Source of the DNA: Anthoceros angustus
Taxonomy: Eukaryota > Plantae > Anthocerotophyta
Length of the DNA: 64,000 bases
Direction: 5' to 3'
Assembly: GCA_010909165.1 (NCBI GenBank)
Contig: MU008157.1
Coordinates: forward strand, 372,001-436,000
Positions within the stretch are counted from its first letter, which is position 1. The number at the start of each line of letters is the position of its first letter. The position numbers and the translations under genes were made by a program. Below are positions 25,440-37,037 of this stretch, one piece after another. The notes below the pieces were generated by a model, which was not told the origin of the DNA, searched no databases, and saw nothing but the letters and a program-made list of their open reading frames with translations.

Positions 25440-26611
25440 TGCATTGGACGTCCAGCGCACAAGTCGAAACGGTCATGGTGCAAATTGCTATTTCGGGGTT
25501 TTTGATAAGGCCAGAAAGCTGCACTCGTTTCATGCATAGAAAAAGTCTGAATATCATTGAAACCAAAAATGAGCAATAAAAAACAGCAATGTGAACTTCA
25601 TCTAAATAGCCCAAACTAGCACAAAAAGTAGTTGTGTTCACAACCGCCGGATGTGGAGTCTCTCCAACTGACAAGGTGAAGAGCGGAGATAAGAAATCCT
25701 GAGAGTGCCCAGCATAGACAAACAGACAGTAGAATTCTACAATCTACAAATAGGAAATGTGCCGGACGTCTGGCGCACAAGCGTTTTTCTACACCGTATC
25801 ACCAAAAGCATAGCACGCACACTCTATCATAGGCCAAACAACCAAGAAAGATAACACCCCATCCGAGTACTAATCCGTCTCAAGGGTGCTTAACTATGGA
25901 TGCCTTATTTCAAAAGATCTACTTGTACCCCACGGATGTCCATAAGCCACATTGAACTAAGTAATGTACCGGACGTCCAGCGCACAAAGTTTTGCTACAT
26001 CATAATAACAAAGGCATAGCTGCACACACACTCTATCAAAGGCTATAGAGGCCTTGCAGTTCCTTCTCCTAGCCTCCATGCACCATGAAAGTTAATTTCT
26101 CATTCCAGTATTGATCCACCTCTTGGGTGCTTAATAATGGTGTTATTTCAAGATGTCTATGTCTACACCCAGCCTAAAGGTTGCATATGATCCATGTAAT
26201 TTTAATAATTCAAGTAACAATGCACCAGATGTCGGGCGTATCCTCTTCACCAATTCCATCACGCTGGACGTCTGATCGACAAGATTGGGTTTTGTGGAAA
26301 TGCATCTGATGTTCGGCGCAAATGCCCTAATATGTCCCAAATACTCCCTTCTACAGACTCACAGCATCCGGCGCATTGCGCCAATATCTGCCTCTGTTCT
26401 GCATTCTTTCGACGGAGTTCCAAGGGCTGTGTACTCACACTAGGCCGGATGTTCAGTTCAGTTTTCTAGAGTCCTAGTTTATCCCTCTTAAGATGATCTA
26501 ACTATCAGATGATGTCCTATCACAATTGCGCTCGACGTTCGGCGCAATAGCTTCTTTCTAGCTTGAGACTTGCTTCTTTTGCATTGTCGATTGCACCGGA
26601 AATCCGGTGCA
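25440..26611. repeat. Dispersed array of a degenerate 20-bp palindrome TGCRCCGGACGTCCGGYGCA
   Basis: Copies at about 25440, 25758, 25965, 26221, 26260, 26301, 26527 and 26592. Confidence 0.8.
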
Positions 26612-27232
26612 GTTTGTTGCACAAGCAGCAATTGATGGGTTTGCAAATCTAGCCAGAGCTGTGATTAGTGGAAGCCACCCTAAGTTTGAAGAGAAGGCAA
26701 ACTAATTGCGGCACAGGTAGGTAAGGTAGTGATAGGGATTGCATGCTGTGGTTTCTTGGTGCATGGAGACCAGGAGAAGGAACTACAAGGCCTCTTGCAA
26801 GAGGGCTGCATATTGATGGAATTGGTGTGCTCAATTTGGGGGTAGAATATAAGATTCTTGCATATATAGGAAACAATTATGTGGAAGAAGACCATTGTGC
26901 CTTGCCACTGGCAAGGTGTCATCTTTCATCTTATATCCAATCATCTTGATATTTATGTGTGGCAGGCCTAGATCCTAACAAAATAATGTATGGTAGACTT
27001 AGATCCTAATTAGGATTAGATGGGATACGAGACTTCAACCGATGTCATAAAGTTACCTTCTATATTATAAGTACTGTCACACGGCTCAATTCATAGACCA
27101 CAAATTGATTTTAGATTATTATTTTCCAAAACGATTCAAAAATAGTTGTGATTTTTTCCAAGGGCCTGGATAGACAAAGTTCTTGAAGAAGAGGGACTAT
27201 GACGATGTAAAGACTTCAACTATACAATTAGA

Positions 27233-27757
27233 GATTGTTTATTCGATGCAATTTCTTATTGGTTCAACGGAACTATAACTTCGTCATAGCTTCGAGCAAA
27301 AGCAATGACACCATTCAAAAGAAGTATTGAAGAAAGAGATATCAATGCAATGAGGAGCCTCGAAATGTATACAGGTGAAGTCTTGTTGGACATCTAGGGA
27401 AACAAAATTGTAAATATGGGATCATATATAGACCACATGAAACTACCAGCAAGATTTCATGGCCTATGGGGTGACGCACTTGCTATACAATGGTTGAGCT
27501 TAACATTGAATAAAGGGATCATTGTATGGTCAAAGAATACGAAAAAGGTTATAGTTAGATATAATACACTTCAATGTTCGAACTCAAACCCTTTACACAT
27601 CCTATATGATGAAAAAGAGTTGCATTATGAACCTCAGAGCGATTTTGACAAAGAAAGAAACGGCCATGGGAAAACTAAAGGAGTAACGAACACCTACATG
27701 AAAACAATATTAAGGAAGATAGCTCTATCCATGAATCCAAACAAAGGAGGAAAATGA
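27233..27757 (+). pseudogene. OTU-like cysteine protease domain relic, probably TE-borne
   Basis: One frame reads DCLFDAISYW...LRAKA...YIDHM...WGDALAIQWLS...IIVW...LHILYD...HYEP (Cys, WG and HY motifs) with two in-frame TAG stops. AT-rich and intronless. Confidence 0.72.
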
Positions 27758-27989
27758 AAGAGTGAACCATGCACTATGTTCTATACAATTGTCATAGCAT
27801 TGATATTGTTCCTCTTTCTTCTACTCTTTGTGAAGAGTTTTTGTAAAGAGGTTTTAAATTTCACCTCAAAGATCATTAGATATAAATAAAAAAAAGATAG
27901 ATATCTACCCAAAAAAAAAAAAAGCCAGTGCATAGATATTAGATTGTGTGGCACCATAAGCTGGTTACAACAATATCACATTTCCCATC

Positions 27990-30545
27990 TATAATGGCCA
28001 GCTTCACATAATGGCTTGGCAAGCTTGTGTCGCATGCACCTACCGGCCCCAAAAATTCGAGAAACAGTTCTCGCAGACGACCTTCATCGAAATCTCTTGT
28101 CAGGCAGCGGACATAGGCAAGCAGACATTGGCGGTAGGCATCTGCTGCTTTCAGGGCCAACGCCGTCCCCATTTGAACTTCCAGGTTGGCCCGGGTCACA
28201 GACTTCTCATTGCCTGCAGCAGGACTCCACACGAATTTCTTCCACAGGGATTTCTCATCCTGTGCGTGGGTAAGATCCCCATCTTTCCCGCATCCCTTGC
28301 TGATGTAATCGGATGCTGGAAATGTATCATCAGCTATCCGTAACCAGCACTTCCTGCCCATATGGTACATGAATGTATGCCGATTTGCGGGCACCACCAA
28401 CGGTACTCCTGCCCTAAATAATCTTGCTGAAACTACCCTCAAGGACTGGACGTCCTTCTTCACTGAGCTGCCAAAGTATGTGTCGAACAAAGGTGCCAAA
28501 GACTCACGTAGCACACATGTTGCCTCCTTCACATCCCACGGGTACACAGAACCCTGACATCCATGAATGCCGCTGCTGGACCAACCATCATGCCTGGTAG
28601 AGCTCTCTTTCCTGCCTGCGTATAAATCTGCAACACCCCACCTTCCAATGCAACAGCCCAGAATACGGCATTTCCAGCCAATGCCGTCGGCATGCCCATC
28701 AATCGATCCTGCCACAACACCTCACGTCCTCGTGAACAGGGCACATGAGTTTCACACGCATCAAGTCCTCCTAATCCATCTGTGTTGCCAAACCTTGCCA
28801 CCCTCACGGGCTTGGCTCCAAGCACACTGACACTCCCGAACCCAAAATCGGTTGCCCAATTATCGACAGAACACCGAGAATGTTCTCATTTGCGGGAACT
28901 GTGATCAAGCACCCTGGTAGAGACCACTAGGATTAGTAGATTACAGTTTGGGATCCACTGGCACACCTTTGAAAACCTTGGTCTCGTTGTAACTCCTTCC
29001 AAGGCGACAACAGCCACATTACCATTCCTCGCTTCTATGAATGACCTTCTCGCATCCCCTATGTCTCCCGCTCCTAACCTGCTGATTTTTCTTTGGAGCT
29101 CAGGCCTTCCCAAGGCCTCGGCATTTTCAGGCACAGACGGCAAGCCCAGTGACTCCGGTATGATTCTCTTCCCTCCATGTGGCAGGCGGTACTCCATCTG
29201 CCTCACTGTAGAACGGGGTTGCTGAAGTTTAGCAGCCGAAGGTCTCGCATCTGCAACGGGATCTTGATCACTGTATGACATTACCTCCCTAACTTTTGGA
29301 GGTGAGGAGACAGCAGCTGGTACGACATGTCCGTTTGCTTCCTGAGAAGACTGCGACCACCGATCCCACTTGTGCCAGTTCGAGCAGCAGCTGAGCAGGG
29401 TTTTCTGCCAGTGCCAGCTGCTTTACACGCACATCACCATACACCTTCCTTTCGATCCCGTCCACTTCCTCATTCCCTATTCTGTGTCCTAATTCATGTA
29501 CACCGAATCAGGGCTGTAACTGTCCCATCCAAAGAGCAGCAGAGCAGGGTGTATCCATCTGCACTCCAAGCTAGGTCAACCACACTCTGGTCAAAGCATT
29601 TCACACACAGGCGTTGGGGATGCTGTGCTCCACACTGATACACTGCAATCTCGACTTCCCATTGCTACAACTTGAAAGGCTTCTCCTCTCTAGAGTCCCT
29701 GCTGACCAGACCATCCGCATGCTCTGCACCATTGGGCACAGGTACCGTCTTGAACATGGCATGATTAAACCGCAGAGCAATCACAGGTGCTTTGTGACCT
29801 ACAAAGTTGAGACAAGCCCCCCACTCTCCTCGTTTCAACACTGGAGCCGTGTGACTAAACTTTTGAAAGCCATTGGTGGTAGCCAGATGATGCCCACATG
29901 GTGACCAATCAAGCCTCATAAAACACGTAGACCCTACAGCCTTTCTCCCAGGACCCTTCAGCCCTGTGAGCCATGGTCCAGTTGCTTGTCCGCCATATAA
30001 TAACACACGTGTCGTCTGACTGACTGGCCAAGAAAGACCCAATTGGATCCCAAGCCACACCTTTCACCGAACTTCCATGGTCACTCAACACCGCTACTGG
30101 TGCCCCGGTGCCAGTCTCCCAGACTCGCATCGCGTTGTCTGAACTGCATCTGGCAAGCATGGAGTCATCCACAGACCACTGCAAATCCACCACATCAGAG
30201 GTGTGCCCCCCAAATGTCATTCAAATCTTCCAGTTCTCAACATGAGGGGGCTCCCTACTCCCAAATTCTGCAGTGCCAGTGCCAGTGCCAGTTCAAGTGG
30301 TGGATGATTACATTGTAATAATCGGACCCGGAAGCCAAAAATCGCCCAGACTTAGCCAACCGGACACAATTGACGGACCCTCAATGATTGTGCAACGTCG
30401 CAAGCAGCTTGGGCTGATCATCCAACACATTTGTCACCTTCTTCATGCTCCATATCCGAACCTTATGATCGCCTCCCCAGATGTCATACAACCCGTCCAA
30501 AGACAAGAACAGTGTAATAAGCCTTCCCCTTTCTACTAATATCCG
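27990..30545 (-). pseudogene. HIRA: HIRA histone H3.3 chaperone pseudogene (frameshifts, stops, no obvious introns)
   Basis: [135 protein letters not shown]. Confidence 0.9.
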
Positions 30546-30889
30546 CACTTCAGCGGGGATTTGCGGTTCCTTAATAAAGCTTAATTTTCTCATTAAAACA
30601 ATTGATAAAATATATTAATATATTTCGAAATATTTTAATTACTAGGTTTATGACACAGCACTTTCTCTTAATATACGTCTCGCTCGTTTCATAGCATTCA
30701 CAGTACTCGGGTATTCGTTGTAAATTCACTCTTCGAAACTCATCACAGGCGGGCATAAATGCCACGAAGTGCAACTAGAGTACGCCGGCCCCCTGCTAGC
30801 AGCCTAGCACCACAATCCGCTTAGCGCTGCGAGTCACGATCTGAATTTTCGGTTTCAGCTAGCGCTGTGGAGAGGCGCGCCTGACGACT

Positions 30890-31100
30890 CCAGACTCTGC
30901 TGCGATGGCGGAGCGGCGGGTGGTAAATCCAGACTCTGCTGCGATGTCCGAGCCGGAGATAACTCCAGACTCTGCGATGGCGGAGCGGCCGGTGGTAACT
31001 CCAGACTCTGCTGCGATGCCGGAGCCGGAGATAACTCCAGACTCTGCTGCGATGGCGGAGCCGGTGGTAGCTCCAGACTCTGCTGCGATGGAGGAGCCGG
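30890..31100 (+). repeat. ~33-36 bp coding tandem repeat (about 6 x PDSAAM.EP.VT)
   Basis: CCAGACTCTGCTGCGATG recurs six times (one copy shortened) around the start of the acyltransferase-like ORF. Confidence 0.88.
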
Positions 31101-33070
31101 CGGTAAACTCGGAAGAGCCGGGAAACAGTACTGAGCTCGGTCCCGAGCTCGGTTACCGATCTCGGAAGCTAGGAGTGACCGAAGAGAATTGGACAAAGGC
31201 CGTGGCGCAAGGCACGGGAGTGGTGGTTTTCGGCATTGCGTTCCAGCGTATCGTGAGCGCCACTGACATATCAAAAGCAGTCGAGAAGGTGATTATCGGC
31301 AACTGTAACGTCACGTTCTTTATGCTGCCTTGAACTCTTGTGGATCGGAGCTGGGGAGATTGACAGAAACATGGATTTCTACACAGGCCACCAGTGAGAA
31401 TCCTCTCTTCCGCGCACAGATAGAGGCCCCGAACGCTAACAAGGATAAGCACGTCTTCCATGTGAGCGTACTACTACTCCAATGGTCTTGAATGCCGGAG
31501 GAGCAGTGGGGAACTGCTGCGCCGGGGCTCCTTTTCTTTGTCCTCCTGCTCTCTAAAAGGTTTTCTGTGTCTGCTGCTCCTCGTTAGATTTCAAGCAAGC
31601 CGGTTTCTGTACGAGTGATAACTACAGAGTTCTCCATCCCCGAGCAGACGAATGTTTCTCACTTTCTCACTCTTCCGGGGGACTCAAGCCCCGACTACGA
31701 GCTGAGCAAGAAACTATACTTGATCGTGAAAGAGGAGCTCAACACTAAGGTCTACAGGGACCCTGCGTTCTCCAATGATGTATTGGATGTATTGGCATTC
31801 CATGTGTATTACACCACGACGGATGAACAGACTGTCATTGCAATGAGAGTGCATGCAGCTGCCCTGGACCGGCAGGCCTGCGGGCATCTCGCTACTTCGT
31901 TCCTGGCTGCTCTCAATACTGCGGCTGTCGAACAGACCGCGGTTTCCGCACGTGCACTGAATTCTCATGACAGGATTGTGGCTTGCATCGAGGACCTGAT
32001 TCCAGCCAAATACAAGTGCTTGCCCTGCCTGACTGCATGCTCCAAGTTCCGGAAGTCTCGCAGCTGCTCCCTTCTGCCCTTCCAACAGGGGTTCGCTGAC
32101 AGGAATGAGCTCCCTAGTTCGGGAATTGTGATCCACAGCCTCGGAAAGTCAGGTCAGTTCATGATCGTCATTCGTTCTTGACAATGTCACCAAGATCTTT
32201 TTGTAACGTCTCGTGGTATTTCCCGCAGGAACCGAGAAATTGCTGTCTCTGCTGGAGGCCAAGGATGTTCCGCTATATGCTATCGTGGCGTCTGCCTACC
32301 TGAAGGCCTCATACACTCTTTGGAATCAGCAGCCGGGCAACTATTCCACCGCTAGCGTGGATTTTGGCTTCACAAGGTGCCCTCAGTTTCAAGATTTCGA
32401 AAGGTGTGATGTCATCTCTCCCTTTAGTCTGTTGACCTTCCGATTTGTCCGGTGCAGCATAGTGGACTGCCGGCCTCTTCTTCCCTCTGCACTACCTAAA
32501 TCAGCTGCGGGACTATTGTCCGTGGGCATACCCCTTCAAAAGAAGGTTAAAAGCCAGGTGGACATCTGGCGCCTAGCGCGCAGCATATCGTCGAAGGTGG
32601 AATTATCTCTGGAGGCGGACGAGCACTTCGGTCTCTTGGGAACCATGAACTGCCTGTTCTCCAAGGTACGGAGGGTCGAAGTTACCCTGGCGAGCACACC
32701 ATCAAGAAATCCCTGCAACCAGCTTCCTATCTCACGGTTTCACTCCTGGCAGGCGCTGAAGTATCCGAACATGACAACGGGCCCGTCAAGGCGAACATCC
32801 CTCTTCTCCTTCTTCAAAGACACTTTTGACTTCGGTGGGGAGAACGCAGAGCACTTAAACCTGGCAGGCACATATGGGCCGTTGTCCTCCAACCACGGTC
32901 CAGGGCCCTGCTTCTGCATTGGTGAGACTATGCTAGTTGGGCCAGAGGGGCCAGAGCTTTGCCTCTCACTCGTCTACCCGGAGATAGTTTACTCACGGTA
33001 CCAGATGGAAGTCGTCGCAACAAATGCAATGCACCTGCTGCGGGCTTTGGGTACTGACCATCCCGACTGA
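30905..33070 (+). CDS. At3g52610-like protein, condensation/alcohol-acyltransferase-like fold, 6 exons (approx. 30905-31289, 31387-31461, 31588-32152, 32229-32376, 32458-32665, 32753-33070)
   Basis: RKLGVTEENWTKAVAQGTG, NPLFRA, IVKEELN, RVHAAALDR, IVDCRPLL, WRLAR, SNHGPGPC...LVYP..YSR.QM follow the order of this plant family. GT-AG introns restore the frame. Start codon uncertain. Confidence 0.78.
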
Positions 33071-33837
33071 GAGCTTATCCGGCATTTTTTTGGTCGTCAG
33101 CTGTGAAGATGCTAAACCATATTACATATGTTGTTACACGTAAGCACTGTAACCACTTAAGGAAGCCCCTGATTACGGAGTGCCACTCTGCCAGTTGTAG
33201 AGGCCGCAGACAAACGATGTTCAGAACACGATCCGAGAAACCTACATTCCAACAAGAGGTTTCGCAGGCTCCAGTCACCGCGCAGTGCTCCAGTCACCGC
33301 GCAGTGCTCCAATCCACGGAGAGTCTCAAATAACATGCAGAGATAACACAAAGTGGAGGAAAGTCCAGCACTGCGAGGACCCGGCCTCTGTACTGCTTGT
33401 TTATCACAGTGCAAGATATTTACACAAAAAGAATGCAAGTGCATCTAAACACAGTGCTGTAATCTGTACACTCTGACTACTATCTATCAATCAAAAATTG
33501 TTGTGACGATGAATGTTACGAGGCATCCCTCAAAGATAACAGCACCTATTAACAATATTGCAGTATCAAACTCGTCCTCCCCTTACTTCCAGGGTTTCTC
33601 ACTTGCTTGCTTCCTTGTTCCCCATTGAAAGCCTCCTGAGTGGTATGTACCAACGCAGTTTCCCCCCGACAACGAACAGGATTGTCGAGACACAAGTCGA
33701 AAACAATTCGGAGGATCAGTCGGCATGGAATGCAGATGATGATCCTCGGAATTCTCCAGCCTTCGGGCAAAGCAAGGAAAGGTGATGGCGTGACGTAACG
33801 ACCAAAGCTCAAATCCACAAGTCCTCATGAGGTGAAC

Positions 33838-34809
33838 TCAGGCGGACACCGCACAGGCAGCAGTGTCCCTGTTGACGAGAGCCGGCACCAGAAACCTCCA
33901 TCTCTTATAGCCAAAGACATTGAAGTTGCCACCGGTTTTCTTGTCGGTGAGGAGGTCCCCGGGGTAGCCAGGATAGGAGTGGGCGCCGTAGATGCCAGTA
34001 CAGGCGGTTGCGGCCTCCAGCGGGGCAAGCGCGTCCCCCTGGTAGAAGGCGTCGCCGAAGGGATCGGTGGAGGCGCCGGCCAGCATGGAAGCAATGTTGA
34101 TCAGCATTCCGTCCACCCCGACGTCGTTGTTGGGCGACTTTGCAGGCGCGCCGGGGGGCGCTCCGGGGAAGGAGAGCGGGGCGAAGGGCCAGGCGCAAGT
34201 GCCGGGGCACTGGGTGGCGGAATTGCCCACCCACGCCCAGGGCAGCTGCTGCCTGTGCGGCCCTCCCGCCGAGAGCACGTTGTGAGTGCCGCAGGAGTCC
34301 ATGCAGAAGCGCTCCACAAGAACATCCGCCGCGGTGAGCACCAGGTACAGCCCAGCCGCGTCCTGCTTCAACTTCCCCGCCAACGCCCGCTGCACCAGCC
34401 TGGGCAGGTCCGCCCGCTTCAGGTTCTTCCCCAGCGACCCGCGTCCGAGTACTGGCCAGCAACCGCGACCGCTGCCGGCACCGCTGTCCCCGCCGAGTCC
34501 TTGTAACCTCCGCCAACTTCCACCAGCTGTGCACGCTGGGGTCCGCGCCCCGCTGCTCTTCTGGATGGAGCGGAAGAAGCCGTTCACGATCCCCGCTGCA
34601 CCTTGAGAAGCCCCGTACCACACGATGTAGACGTTGATGAACCCGGAAGCCCCCAGCACCTTCCCCCCGTGGTACTCCAGCACCAGCGGCTGCTCCGGCA
34701 CCAGCTCCAGCAGCTTCCGCCCCGAAGCCCCGGCCTCAGAGCCCACCGCCAGCATCGCCAGCACCGCCCACGCCAGCACCACCGCCGCGCTAATGCTCGC
34801 TGCGGCCAT
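33838..34809 (-). CDS. EXORDIUM/Phosphate-induced-1 family secreted protein
   Basis: Signal peptide, LEYHGGKVL, YIVWYG, LYLVLTAADV.VERFC...CGTH, WVGNSATQCPG.CAWPF, SPNNDVGVDGM, PLEAATACTGIYG..YPGYPG. Internal segment locally out of frame (see findings). Confidence 0.93.
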   Translation of the reverse strand: MAAASISAAVVLAWAVLAMLAVGSEAGASGRKLLELVPEQPLVLEYHGGKVLGASGFINVYIVWYGASQGAAGIVNGFFRSIQKSSGARTPACTAGGSWRRLQGLGGDSGAGSGRGCWPVLGRGSLGKNLKRADLPRLVQRALAGKLKQDAAGLYLVLTAADVLVERFCMDSCGTHNVLSAGGPHRQQLPWAWVGNSATQCPGTCAWPFAPLSFPGAPPGAPAKSPNNDVGVDGMLINIASMLAGASTDPFGDAFYQGDALAPLEAATACTGIYGAHSYPGYPGDLLTDKKTGGNFNVFGYKRWRFLVPALVNRDTAACAVSA

Positions 34810-36834
34810 CTCTATCTTCTTGAATCAACTCCACGCCACTCCACTCCGCTCCACTCCACTCCGCCCCAACGCAACGCAACCCAACTAAACCCACCACAAC
34901 GCCACACCACCCAACAAAATGCAGCGCCAATCCCCGCTTGCAACCCGCCTGCCTCGCCTCCTCCCTCGGAAGAGAAGGAAGGAAGAATTCAGTTACAGAG
35001 CAGGCGGAAGCCGGAGAAGGGATGCCCCGCACAAGAAGGCTCAGGCGTTACGAAAAACTGAGACGCAACTCAGAGACAGAATTGGCAAGCGGGAGAAGAA
35101 GACCCGGGAGCGCAGGTGGGCGGCGAAGGCAAGGCGCTGGATGGAAGCGGAGGGGGGGAGCGGCGGCTCTTATAGCAATGGCGACGACGCCATGGGAGAG
35201 GGAAATCGGAGCACAGCGGCTGCCACCAGCCCCAGCTGTGGCCAGGCCGCCAGCCAGGACCAGGACCAGGACCAGGCCCCAGGAGCAGCGGCAGCGGCAG
35301 CGGCAGGACCATCTCTCTCTCTGGACAGCATCGCCCCGCCTTCCTGACAGGAAGGAGCCCGGCGCCTCTCTGGCCAGAGGGCGACGTTACGCCACTCGCG
35401 GGGCTGGCTTTCCCGGGCCGGGCCGCCAACGGGACCCGGCACTCCGCCCGAGATTAGATTAAACTACCTACTCCAACGCGCTCTACCGCTCTACCTGTCC
35501 ACCAACGCCGCTTCGGAAGCCCTTCAGAATTTCAAAATTTTCAAACACCGCACCGGCACGTGCCCTCCGGGTTTCCGAGACCGAGACGTGCCGGTCGCGA
35601 AGCCGTCCCGGGCCTGACGCGGCGCGGGACCGAGCCTCCAGCCTCGGCGGGCGGGGGCAGATAGCGTACTGTACATGCAGAGATATGCAGTGCACTGGCA
35701 GTGGCGGGATAATAATATCCTAGATATATGTGCCAGTATAATATTCGATGTTGATGCGATGCGGCAGCGGGCAGCGGGGAGAGTCGAACCCGGGTCTGCC
35801 GGGGGTGGCGCTTCAGCCTTGCCAGCCAGGCTAGCACCAGCGGGGAGCTTTTGCCGGTGAGCCTGGTTGTAAGTTGTAACAATTCTCAGCACACGCGGTT
35901 ATACTAGTGCAGGTAAACCTACTCGAATTACCAGGAGCAGCGCAGCGCCACGTTTTAATTGTGAAGCTGGTCGATCACGTGAGGGGAAAAGGCGAGCGAG
36001 CGAGGCAAGGCCGAGGCCAGGCGTTTACTGTACACCAGTCATGATGAGAGTAGGTGGCGAGTTGGTGGGGCTCGCCAGTGGGGCACGCCAGTCAGTGCCA
36101 GTTGCCAGAGCCAGACGCGCCAGCCTGGTGATGCCAGCCGGGCGCCCACTTCACTTCCCAAAACCCCTTGTAACGGTAAAACCAAGGATGCGGGGCGTTA
36201 TCGTCTCCACGTCAGCCACCGAGCTGGCGTAACCTTCATGCACTGGACTCGCGGGGCCCACCGGGACCCACCGGGACCCGCCACCGCCTTTATGAGCGAC
36301 GCGTCGTCACGCTCACGGGCCATGCGGATCCGCTGCGATATCGTGTACATTCCACGCACCAACGATATTACAATTCCACCAATTGGAACATATCAGATTC
36401 CTTGCCTTCGACGTGCACGAGCATATCTCGGACATATATTCTGCTTGGATGTCTCCCTGGCCAACTCGGCTCCGGTTTGCGTTACTTTTACAGACAACGG
36501 GGCCATGTTATCCGCAATTTCCAACACCATTTTTATAACCACAAAGTAGATTAAATACTTTGTACATACAATGTACCTACATACACATGTACAAGAGTAT
36601 GCTACATTGTTGTACCACGCTGGAGATGATTGAGGGAAGAGAAGACAAACTGTTAGGATCGTGTGCCTCAAGATATGTGAAGATGGATGTCCTTCATTGA
36701 TGTACATATGGAAAGGGAAGGGAAGGGAAGAGGTGATTGTAAGGAAAGGATCACTCTTCATGAGGAACATGCCAGCTTTGGCTGCTTGTACTTTAAGAAC
36801 AACGGTATGTGAGTGAGGAATTGTGGTAAGAACA

Positions 36835-37037
36835 TGACGAGCATGTCAAGCCTGAGACGTCTCGCACACGTTCCTTCCACTGCATATGCCCACTGGATTG
36901 CGGTAAGAGCCTGACGAGCATGTCAGGCCTGAGACGTCTCGCACACGCTCCTTCCCATGCAGAAGCCCATTGGATTGTGGTAAGAGCATGACGACCATGT
37001 CAGGCTTGAGACGTCTCGCACACGTTCCTTCCACTGC
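36835..37037 (+). repeat. ~76-bp tandem repeat x3
   Basis: GACGAGCATGTCA.GCCTGAGACGTCTCGCACACG.TCCTTCC at ~36837, ~36913 and ~36990. Confidence 0.85.

Noticed and set aside
25440-26611. Palindrome array as a CRISPR array
   Set aside because: Spacing is highly irregular (about 40-320 bp) and the repeats are degenerate.
27911-27923. A-run as the poly(A) tail of a HIRA retrocopy
   Set aside because: HIRA is on the minus strand, so its tail would read as poly(T) on the plus strand.
30535-30790. Possible Helitron 3' hairpin plus CTRR end
   Set aside because: The hairpins are weak and not correctly spaced from a CTAG, and no matching 5' TC end could be assigned.
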